A DNA stretch of 64,000 nucleotides from a virus (Duplodnaviria > Caudoviricetes), in IMG/VR virus record IMGVR_UViG_3300011559_000001, positions 246,883-310,882 of that record; one strand, written 5' to 3'. The translations under genes were made by a program, and so were the position numbers. Of this stretch, positions 10,092 through 18,224 are shown piece after piece. The notes under the pieces are model-generated. The model did not search any database. It saw only the letters and a list, made by a program, of their open reading frames with translations, and was not told the origin of the DNA. Every line of letters begins with the position of its first letter. Within the stretch, counting starts at the first letter, position 1.

Positions 10092-11174
10092 TTACTTGTT
10101 ACGCATGGCGTAGCCGATGATGACGCTCATGTAGGAAATCGAAGTCGCACGCTGCTGCAGCGCCACGCGTGCAGTGCCGACACAGTAGTTAACCGCATTC
10201 GAGACACCATACAGACGTTCACCGTACTCCTCATCGAAATACTGATTGGGGTCGTCGATGGCGGCAGTGATCCAGTTGCTCAGGTCCTCATACGTCTTGA
10301 GAAGGTCCTTACTCAACTTCCTTGCTTCTTCGATGTATTGTTCACTGGTCTTGACTGCAGACTCCAACGTCGACCGAACCTTGTTGCTCGTCAGACGAAG
10401 CTCCATCCGCTTCTCGCCAGCCATCAAAGCACGATACTTGATGTCGGTGGGCCGGGGAATGGCCCGGAAAACACTGCCGACGTAGTTGTGGTCAATGGGG
10501 ATCTCACGGATACGTTCGCCGAAGTCGGCGACCTTGTCCCAATCACCAGCGCCAGCGTTACCCATGAACAACCATCCACGCACACCCACGAGAACCCGGT
10601 CGACCACCGGTACCAGGCTCTGATCGGGAGTCTTCGGATCCTTGGCCAGATCGACCAATTCCTTCAGGCGGCTGCGCATGAACTGCGCATCACGTACGCC
10701 GTCGTGACCTTCACCGCGCAAAATGCGCAGCGCTTCGCATTCCTGCGATTCGGTGGCCACCACGACCAGTTCGCCAACCAAGAGCTTCTCGATCTTGGCC
10801 ACCAGCGGCTGGATGGAACGCTTGGCCTGGGCGATCTTTTGGCCAAACCATTCGATCACCTTGCCGAGTGTCTGAGCGATGAACGTGATCAGCTTGGGGA
10901 TCTTGTCCTTGAGGAAGGCCATGACGCGCTTTACAACGCTCGGCTTGGTTTCCTCGTCTTCGCTCTCCAGACTCACAGCCTGCAGTTCCGGGGTTTCATG
11001 GCGATAGAGTGCCATGAACTCACCCAGCCTTTCCGTCTTGCCGCTCAGGAAATGCTGCAGGAACTCATTGTCCCGGTTGTAGGCTTCGAGCGAAGCGTCC
11101 AATTCCTGGAACAGGTACGTACCTTCATCAACCGCATGTGCGCTGAGGTTGAAGTGTTGATGCAAACGCGTCAT
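10092..11174 (-). CDS. putative internal head protein
   Basis: ASLE and VSLES prohead-protease-type sites followed by an amphipathic helix. Confidence 0.55.
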   Translation of the reverse strand: MTRLHQHFNLSAHAVDEGTYLFQELDASLEAYNRDNEFLQHFLSGKTERLGEFMALYRHETPELQAVSLESEDEETKPSVVKRVMAFLKDKIPKLITFIAQTLGKVIEWFGQKIAQAKRSIQPLVAKIEKLLVGELVVVATESQECEALRILRGEGHDGVRDAQFMRSRLKELVDLAKDPKTPDQSLVPVVDRVLVGVRGWLFMGNAGAGDWDKVADFGERIREIPIDHNYVGSVFRAIPRPTDIKYRALMAGEKRMELRLTSNKVRSTLESAVKTSEQYIEEARKLSKDLLKTYEDLSNWITAAIDDPNQYFDEEYGERLYGVSNAVNYCVGTARVALQQRATSISYMSVIIGYAMRNK

Positions 11175-11217
11175 GATGACACAGCCTTGTGTTTAGTGTT
11201 AACACATGATTAGACAA

Positions 11218-11251
11218 CATAAGCCCCCGCCCGAAGGCGGGGGCAGTATGC
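11218..11251 (-). terminator. hairpin terminator
   Basis: On the minus strand GCCCCCGCC-TTCG-GGCGGGGGC followed by TTATG. Confidence 0.7.
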
Positions 11252-11391
11252 GCTTATGTGGCTCGATGGCCAGCCCCTTGATGCGGGACTCTTGTTAGGT
11301 CTGGAGCTTCCAGCCAGACCACTGGCGAAGGTGATGGCCGGGGCTTCACTTCACAGGTCTGTACCCCGCCGTGGAAAGTTACACAGCCGCC

Positions 11392-12687
11392 TTATGACAG
11401 CATGTTCTCCAGATCCAGCTTCACCGTCTTCATCGACTTACCGTGCATGGCCGCCATGAACAACGCCAGGAACGTCGAGCCGATGGCCGCAGCGTAAGCA
11501 CTCAGTGCCTCCGGCGTTGCAGCGATGTTGTCACCGATACACTTGGTGCAGAAGTTGGCACCTTCGGTATGGCAGTACAGCGGCGAGCGCACTTGGATGG
11601 TCTGACCCACCAACGACTTGAGTTCGTCTTCGGTCAGCACCTTGGGTACGCCACCAACCAGCCGATAGTTGCTGATGTAGTGTGGAACCTTGTCTTCAGT
11701 CATCAGTACGCTGATGCCGCGCTTGGACCCACAGTCATCCTCACCCACCGTGGAGTTCTGGAAGATGCGGTTGTTGAACTTCACTTCCACACCGCCCAGT
11801 GCGGTCTGTGCACCACGGGAGAACGAACCGTCACGCAGCTGGTTGACCATCGCCGGGAGCTTGGAGATGTCCCACGCTTCATCCAGCGAAGTTGGAATCA
11901 GATCACCGGCCTCACCGAAGCCAGAGCTGATGCCCTGCATGATGAACACCTTCAACCGGATCACGTCGTAGGACTTGGCCTTGACGTAGAAGCGATCACC
12001 CGGATCGCCCTTCATCCATGCACGGTCCATCTTGGTCAGTTCGTCCAAGATGCGCGAGAGCACCACCGGATCGTGCAGCTGACCCTTGTGCTCTGCCAGC
12101 AGTTCATCACGGCGCTTGATCATGGCCGGATCAGCAGTCATGGTCTTACGCGTGGCCGAGGGTACGCAGAGCTGGTTCAGACCCGGCAGCTGGCCGACGG
12201 CTTCGTTGAACTTGTGGTACTCAGCCGTGGTGAGCGGTTGCTTGTCCGGCGGGAGCTGATCGGACTGCACGTTGTCATCCCAGCGCCGCTGAATGATCTT
12301 CTCAATCCCCTGCACGCTCATAGGACCGGCGATGTACCCGATCTTGTTGCCGAAGGGATAGACCAGGATCATCTGGTTGACCAGTGCGTTGCCGTAGGTG
12401 GACACCACCGGCTCAGTCACGTTGGCCAAATCACCCGGACGCAACACCAGCTTTTCCAGCGGGCGGAACATCGGCTCACCGGGCATGGCATCTTCGATGA
12501 TCTGATAGCCGTCATCGTGCTCCTTGTCCACCATCGCATAACGACCGTCGTCGATGACGATCAGGTTGTGCACGTAGGCCACCGGACCGGGCTTGGGGCG
12601 GGAGACTGCAAACGCTTCGAGAATCCAGCGCTTGTGCATGAACAGGCCTTCTTGCATGGCCTTCAAGAAATAATCGCGCTTGAACAT
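11392..12687 (-). CDS. virion RNA polymerase beta' C-terminal subunit (phiKZ gp80-like)
   Basis: RDGSFSRGAQTALGG, EDDCGS, VRSPLYC..FCTKCIG beta' zinc-site motifs. Confidence 0.85.
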   Translation of the reverse strand: MFKRDYFLKAMQEGLFMHKRWILEAFAVSRPKPGPVAYVHNLIVIDDGRYAMVDKEHDDGYQIIEDAMPGEPMFRPLEKLVLRPGDLANVTEPVVSTYGNALVNQMILVYPFGNKIGYIAGPMSVQGIEKIIQRRWDDNVQSDQLPPDKQPLTTAEYHKFNEAVGQLPGLNQLCVPSATRKTMTADPAMIKRRDELLAEHKGQLHDPVVLSRILDELTKMDRAWMKGDPGDRFYVKAKSYDVIRLKVFIMQGISSGFGEAGDLIPTSLDEAWDISKLPAMVNQLRDGSFSRGAQTALGGVEVKFNNRIFQNSTVGEDDCGSKRGISVLMTEDKVPHYISNYRLVGGVPKVLTEDELKSLVGQTIQVRSPLYCHTEGANFCTKCIGDNIAATPEALSAYAAAIGSTFLALFMAAMHGKSMKTVKLDLENMLS

Positions 12688-12696
12688 GAGGCGTCC

Positions 12697-13509
12697 TTAA
12701 AGCAGCTTCTTGATCGCCGAGTCCAGCTCGAGCAGATCAGTGATCGACAGGTGGAAGGATTCCTTCAACCGGTTCAGGGTGGGCGGGATCTCATCAGTGG
12801 CCAGTGCCGAGGCAAAGGCGAAGGCCACTAGATCCGCAGCAAGCTTAGCCGGCTTCTGCGCGTACAGCTCTTCCAGCCACGGCTGGAGCATCAACTCAAA
12901 GCTCAGGCCCAGACGCAGGCCCTGATCCAGTGCCTTGACGAACACGCTGTCCTCACCCAGTGCGCCCTTGTTGAGCAGACCACGCAGGCGCATCTGTGCG
13001 GCAGCCACAGCGACCGAATCCGGTTGCGGTTCCGGACGCTCTTCGCTGGTGAGTTCATTGATGCGGGTGATCAGATCCGGACTGACCCGCTCCAGTGCGT
13101 TCATGTAGTCGCCGATGGTGAGTTCACCGACGATGACCAGCATATCGGCCAGTGCCGCTTCCTCGCCTTCCAGCGCCGCCGTCAGGCCGTTGATCGTGGT
13201 CGGGTCGTCCCACTCTTCCAACAGCTGGATCCCCTTGAGGATCGAGTTGGCCGTGCGCAGATCGGTCTCATCGCTGAGGTAAACGCCGAACTGACGCAGG
13301 GTTTGACTGAGATTGCTCATCAGCACCGACTGCAGACTTTCCAGTGCCGCATCCGGTTCCAGACCATCGGCAATGTCCATGGCTTGCTGCAGTTGGTACA
13401 GGTGGATGTCTTGACCTGCGGCCGTCAAGGTACGGGTGGCATCCATGATCAGGTCGCTCAACGCCGGGGTGGTAATGGAGTCGAGATACTCCTGCATGCG
13501 ATCCAACAT
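12697..13509 (-). CDS. hypothetical protein co-oriented with the virion RNAP subunit
   Basis: GGAG RBS; 270 aa ORF. Confidence 0.6.
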   Translation of the reverse strand: MLDRMQEYLDSITTPALSDLIMDATRTLTAAGQDIHLYQLQQAMDIADGLEPDAALESLQSVLMSNLSQTLRQFGVYLSDETDLRTANSILKGIQLLEEWDDPTTINGLTAALEGEEAALADMLVIVGELTIGDYMNALERVSPDLITRINELTSEERPEPQPDSVAVAAAQMRLRGLLNKGALGEDSVFVKALDQGLRLGLSFELMLQPWLEELYAQKPAKLAADLVAFAFASALATDEIPPTLNRLKESFHLSITDLLELDSAIKKLL

Positions 13510-13602
13510 AGCTATCTCCGAAGGTAGATGTATTAAAGTTTACAGCAAAACTGTTCTCATATGGAGAAGCTGCGTCTCACACATTAATTTTGGGTTACCG
13601 CC

Positions 13603-14049
13603 ATGGGCAAGAACAACCGACACAGAACCGGGCCGAACAAGCCGATTTGGGACGTCCTTCTGGGGCTGTCTCGATCCGTTGGCCAAGTCACCAATGTCAC
13701 GGCGATGCTGATTCCGTATCTGCAAGACCGTGAACTGCTGAGTCGTCTCAAAGACCCAGCAGCGTTCAACCGTTTGGGCTCACGATTGGATAGCGACATT
13801 CGCAATCTGACCTTGCGCTTCAACATCATCGCGAAACAGCACGAAGGCCGTCAGGGGCAAACTGCTGATCCGACTGAGTGGATGCGGGCCATCGACATCC
13901 AAGAGCAGTACATCGCTTGGGCATCTGACTTCGACGACATCGCCATTCCGACCTTCACGGAAATGATGGAGATGCTGCGCGCCGCTGGCGCAAAGAACAT
14001 CGTCCAGATGCAGTCGGCCACCGCACTCGCACAGCAGCACTCACCCTGA
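13603..14049 (+). CDS. hypothetical protein
   Basis: ORF divergent from the previous gene. Confidence 0.6.
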   Translation: MGKNNRHRTGPNKPIWDVLLGLSRSVGQVTNVTAMLIPYLQDRELLSRLKDPAAFNRLGSRLDSDIRNLTLRFNIIAKQHEGRQGQTADPTEWMRAIDIQEQYIAWASDFDDIAIPTFTEMMEMLRAAGAKNIVQMQSATALAQQHSP

Positions 14050-14063
14050 CCTGGAATGCTCCA

Positions 14064-15776
14064 ATGAGTAACGAAAACAACCCGCCGGCCTCGGTGGGCA
14101 TGGACGTCGAAGAGGACGTCGTCACCTCCATCCAGACCCCGGCCGAAGCCGCCTATGCTGCCGACGCTTCGGGTGAGCCCGTATCGGTAGCGGACGCTCC
14201 GGTGGTGCCGACCGTTGCCAATGTGCAGGTCGCCGCCGAGACCGTCCTGGAAAACCCCGCCGACGCAGACGTCGGCCTGCCCGCAGACAGCGAAGCTGCT
14301 GCCGAGGAAGACGAGCCGCTGCTGGCCGTGTTCCTGCGTCAGGGCATCAACCAGCTCGCCGAGCTGATGCAGGATCCCAGCACTGCGCTGGATTCGCGCA
14401 AGACCTTCGCAGATAGCGAACGCCTGTTCATCGTGCCGTGCACGTCGCAGGAATTCAACAACCTGGTGCTCAACGTGCGTCGCCTGGATCCCACTGGCTC
14501 GGCCGTGGGTCGTGCCTGGACCAATGCCATCGGCCAAGGCCAGCCGCACATGCCGCGTGCTGACATCGGCCTGAACGCTCTGACCCGTGAAGTCTCGCTG
14601 TGGCGCCAGAAGGTGCAGGCCGAAGGTCCGGGCAGCGTGGAAATCGGTGCCGGTCGTCCGGGCCTGGGTGAACGCAAAGGCAATGCCCCACTGGTGGGCG
14701 AAGAAGCCCTGCAGTACATGCAGACCATGATGGGTACCGGCCAGCTCTCGCGTATCCCGCTGTGGCACTCGGGCATCTGGATCAACATCAAGGCGCCGAC
14801 CGAACAGCAGCTGCTGGAACTGGAACGTCGCATCGCCAACGAGAAGATCACCCTGGGTCGTGCGACCGCCGGCCTGGCGTACTCGAACATGTCGGTGTAC
14901 CACAACGCCTTCCTGTTCAACTTCGTCCTGTCGCTGGTGTTCGACTGCTCGATCTCCGGCTTCACCGTGGACAAGCTCAAGCAGAAGATCCTGCTGCCGG
15001 ACCTGCCGCTGCTGCTGTGGGGCCTGCTGTGCACGATCTACCCCAACGGCTACCGCTACCACCGTCCGTGCATCGCCGATCCGTCGGTGTGCCAGCACGT
15101 GACCGAAGAGCTGCTGGACATCTCCAAGCTGTGCTGGACCGACAACCTGGCCCTGACGCAGTCCCAGCGCAACCACATGGTGCGCAAGACCGCCAAGTTC
15201 ACCGACATCGAGCTGGACAACTACGTGTCCCAGCACCGCTACAACGGCAAGGGTACGGTCAAGGTCAAGGAAGTGGGCGGCAACACCACCGCGGTGGAAC
15301 TGCGCGTTCCCTCACTGGCCGACTACGAGCAGTCCGGCTACTCGTGGGTGGAAGGTATCGTGTCCACCACCGATCAGGCCTTCGGCTCCCAGCTGGGCGG
15401 CGATGAGCGCGATGAGTACATCCTGGATCAGGCACGCTCCACCAGCCTGCGCCAGTATGCGCATTGGCTCAAGCGCATCACCTTCAACGGCACGCACTCC
15501 ATCGACGATCGCACCACGCTGGAGACGATGATCGCCCAGCTGACTGGCGACATCGAGGCGTCGGACAACTTCATGGATGGCGTGAGCCAGTTCATCAACG
15601 ACAGCACCATCTCGTTGATCGCACTGCCCTCCTACAAGTGCCCGAACTGCCAGGCCGATCAGAAGAACCCGGAAGAGGCCAAGCATCCGCACCTCATCCC
15701 GCTGGACATCGGGGCGATTTTTTTTACCCTTCTCGGCCAGCGCACGCGCCGATTGCTGGATTCAGCGGTCATCTGA
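14064..15776 (+). CDS. putative tail/baseplate assembly chaperone (T4 gp26-like, Cys-containing)
   Basis: C..C and CPNC motifs; ends with an IFF-encoding T8 slippery site. Confidence 0.55.
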   Translation: MSNENNPPASVGMDVEEDVVTSIQTPAEAAYAADASGEPVSVADAPVVPTVANVQVAAETVLENPADADVGLPADSEAAAEEDEPLLAVFLRQGINQLAELMQDPSTALDSRKTFADSERLFIVPCTSQEFNNLVLNVRRLDPTGSAVGRAWTNAIGQGQPHMPRADIGLNALTREVSLWRQKVQAEGPGSVEIGAGRPGLGERKGNAPLVGEEALQYMQTMMGTGQLSRIPLWHSGIWINIKAPTEQQLLELERRIANEKITLGRATAGLAYSNMSVYHNAFLFNFVLSLVFDCSISGFTVDKLKQKILLPDLPLLLWGLLCTIYPNGYRYHRPCIADPSVCQHVTEELLDISKLCWTDNLALTQSQRNHMVRKTAKFTDIELDNYVSQHRYNGKGTVKVKEVGGNTTAVELRVPSLADYEQSGYSWVEGIVSTTDQAFGSQLGGDERDEYILDQARSTSLRQYAHWLKRITFNGTHSIDDRTTLETMIAQLTGDIEASDNFMDGVSQFINDSTISLIALPSYKCPNCQADQKNPEEAKHPHLIPLDIGAIFFTLLGQRTRRLLDSAVI

Positions 15777-16234
15777 TCAACCAAGAAGACGTGGAAGGGC
15801 ATGTGCTCTTCCCCGGCTTCGGACAGGCCGCCGCCCAAGAGCTGTCTCCGGTCAAGCAATTGGCCGAGGCAGTGCGGCTGTCGTCTAAGAAGAGCTTGAC
15901 CAGCATCGAAACGCAATTGATGTTGCGTGAGCTCTACGATCAGAACTTTGGTATCTCCCAGCACAACGATCCGCATCGACCACTGTCCATCGTGGCCATG
16001 CAGACCAAAGAAACGCTGGGTCCGTATTCAAGGACTTACCGACTGTACCACCGGTTTGCGTCACTGAACGTAGGGGATCTGTTCAAGATCTCGATCAATG
16101 ACTTCCTTAACCAGCCTCGTGAGCTTGTCGAGATGATGTTCACCATCGCCGAACACCGAGCGCAGGCGAAGGGTCAAGAGGATGGCAACACGCTTCGCAA
16201 CATCGAAAAGCAGTTGCAGCAAGAACTGAAGTAA
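15716..16234 (+). CDS. -1 frame extension of the upstream chaperone (G/GT-like)
   Basis: Open -1 frame through the T8 run; FKISINDFLNQPRELVEMM resembles chaperone GT/gp51-type tails. Confidence 0.55.
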   Translation, partial: DFFYPSRPAHAPIAGFSGHLINQEDVEGHVLFPGFGQAAAQELSPVKQLAEAVRLSSKKSLTSIETQLMLRELYDQNFGISQHNDPHRPLSIVAMQTKETLGPYSRTYRLYHRFASLNVGDLFKISINDFLNQPRELVEMMFTIAEHRAQAKGQEDGNTLRNIEKQLQQELK

Positions 16235-16258
16235 CCCCACCACTCCACAGGAGCGCTG

Positions 16259-16717
16259 ATGATTCAGTACGAAGGGGCAGGTAACTTGTTTGCTTGTCAC
16301 ATGCAGACGATCATTTGCAGTATCAACACCGTTGGTGCAATGGGCAAAGGCATTGCGTTGTCGTTCAAGAACTACGTTCCTGGATTGTACGATTACTATC
16401 GCCAGCATTATCGGGACAAAGAGCCGCACTACCCGAGCGTGAACAAGCTTGAGATCTACACGGTGGACGAGGCCCGCAAGGTCTTGCTGTTTCCCACCAA
16501 GGACCATTTCAAGTACCCATCCAAACTGTGGATGATTGAGCAGAACCTTCGCCAGCTGGCACAGCGCTACGATGAGCTGGGGATTACCTCTCTGGGCTTG
16601 CCGTTGATTGGGTGTGGCTTTAACACCGGCCAGCTCAATTGGGAAACGCAGGTGCGTCCGATGGTCTATGACTATCTGGATCCCCTGCCGCTTCCCGTGA
16701 AGATCCTCACCGGTTGA
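16259..16717 (+). CDS. macrodomain ADP-ribose glycohydrolase (DarG/Poa1p-like)
   Basis: GNLF, INTVGAMGKGIALSFK, LFPTK, LPLIGCG motifs. Confidence 0.85.
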   Translation: MIQYEGAGNLFACHMQTIICSINTVGAMGKGIALSFKNYVPGLYDYYRQHYRDKEPHYPSVNKLEIYTVDEARKVLLFPTKDHFKYPSKLWMIEQNLRQLAQRYDELGITSLGLPLIGCGFNTGQLNWETQVRPMVYDYLDPLPLPVKILTG

Positions 16718-16718
16718 C

Positions 16719-16751
16719 CATAGACCCCCGCCTTCGGGCGGGGGCTTATGC
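16719..16751 (+). terminator. hairpin terminator
   Basis: CCCCCGCC-TTCG-GGCGGGGG followed by CTTATGC. Confidence 0.75.
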
Positions 16752-16758
16752 TGTTGAC

Positions 16759-16793
16759 TTAAAGGAATTTCAAACGTATACTGTTCTGGTGAG
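16759..16793 (+). promoter_or_regulatory. putative phage early promoter
   Basis: TTAAAGGAATTTCAAACGTATACTGTTCTGGTGAG matches a motif seen five times in the window. Confidence 0.65.
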
Positions 16794-16858
16794 TTCGCAC
16801 AGAACTCATTCATCGCCTAGGCAATGGAGTCTAGGTCAACCTTCAATGGAGTTTTATC

Positions 16859-17284
16859 ATGTCCACCATCAACATCCTTGAGACCCTGCTGCTGTTGCAG
16901 GCCACCCAGCTGACCGAGCAGACGGTCGTGATTGAAACGCACATCACTGACCTGCGCCCGAAGGTCGAAGCGCGTGAAGCAATGTTCAACGGCATGGGCG
17001 GCCGTGTGTCGTTGGACGATTCGGCCCGTCGCTACGAGCTGATCGAAGAGCTGAACCGGCAGTACAGTCTCACTCAGGAAATGATCGAGATGAGTCTGGA
17101 GATGAAGCTCCAAGCCGAAGCCGACGCGCGCAAGCACATCGGCGACGTGCGTGTCAGTGGGCAGGTGCTCAATGACATGCTGGAAGCCACCCGCGTGTTT
17201 GCCAAGACCGCCGACGAATACATGGCCCTGATGGCCCGTTCGTCCTTCACCACCACCCAGATGCTCAAGGCCATCGGCGCCTAA
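16859..17284 (+). CDS. hypothetical (probably early) protein
   Basis: GGAG RBS, downstream of the promoter motif. Confidence 0.6.
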   Translation: MSTINILETLLLLQATQLTEQTVVIETHITDLRPKVEAREAMFNGMGGRVSLDDSARRYELIEELNRQYSLTQEMIEMSLEMKLQAEADARKHIGDVRVSGQVLNDMLEATRVFAKTADEYMALMARSSFTTTQMLKAIGA

Positions 17285-17329
17285 GCCCCAAGCGGGACCT
17301 TCGGGTCCCGCTCCTTTTCGGAGATCCCT

Positions 17330-17728
17330 GTGAACAAGACCAACCAAATCAAGCTCGCTCTGCGTCTGGCAGACTTGCACACCGCAACCTTCCTGGCCGT
17401 GGCGCAGTATCTGGCCAACGTGTCCCACTTCGAGGACAACGTCCTGCAGACCAAGGCCGTGCGTGACTCGTTTGAGTCCGAAGCGCTCAGTGCCCGCCGT
17501 AAGCTGGTGCGTCGCCTGAACAAGCTGCGCGAGGTGATCGAGGAGTTCGGTCCGTTCAACTCGGCCTCGGTCGAAGAGAATGCCGCTGGGAAGGCCCTGA
17601 AGAAGCTGTACAACGGTTTCCTCGACGACCTGACCGACGGTGACGCCGACTTCACCGAAGCCCGTAGCACGGCGCTCAGGGCCAATGCACACGGTCGTGC
17701 GCCGGCCATGGGGGTCGACCATGCGTAA
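17330..17728 (+). CDS. hypothetical protein
   Basis: GGAG RBS with GTG start. Confidence 0.6.
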   Translation: MNKTNQIKLALRLADLHTATFLAVAQYLANVSHFEDNVLQTKAVRDSFESEALSARRKLVRRLNKLREVIEEFGPFNSASVEENAAGKALKKLYNGFLDDLTDGDADFTEARSTALRANAHGRAPAMGVDHA

Positions 17729-18164
17729 GGACCTGATCGATGCCCGACGCATCGCCCTGATCCAAGCCCTGAGTGATCTGGATGATGTTCGCCAGTTCCT
17801 TTTCGGCAACGTCAAGGCCCTGGTGGACAAGTCCGATGAGGTGGACAAGGTTCTGTTCAATCAGAACCGTGAGCGTCTGAAGAACCTGACCGCGATCCTG
17901 ACCGAACAGATCACCGGTCTGGCCTACCGCGATCCGATGGACGCCGTCGAACACCTACAGCACCATGGTGCGGTTCCCACCCAGCCGGAGAAGTACGATG
18001 TCTTGACCGTGCGCCAGTTGCGTGCGATCCTGGCAACGTGGCCGTGCGAGGATGATGACGGCAACGACATGAAGGTGCGCGTGGGTGGTCCGGAGAACCT
18101 GGCCATGCCGGTGGCGTCACTGCGCCTGATCAACGACGGCGATCTGCTGTTGCGCCACAAGTGA
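17721..18164 (+). CDS. hypothetical protein
   Basis: ATG overlapping the upstream gene end. Confidence 0.55.
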   Translation: MRKDLIDARRIALIQALSDLDDVRQFLFGNVKALVDKSDEVDKVLFNQNRERLKNLTAILTEQITGLAYRDPMDAVEHLQHHGAVPTQPEKYDVLTVRQLRAILATWPCEDDDGNDMKVRVGGPENLAMPVASLRLINDGDLLLRHK

Positions 18165-18204
18165 GCATAAGCCCCTCCCACCGTAAGGTGGGAGGGGTCT
18201 GTGC
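18165..18204. terminator. bidirectional hairpin terminator
   Basis: GCATAAG-CCCCTCCCACC-GTAA-GGTGGGAGGGG between convergent genes. Confidence 0.75.
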
Positions 18205-18224
18205 CGGACGTTTTCTTTTTGTCC

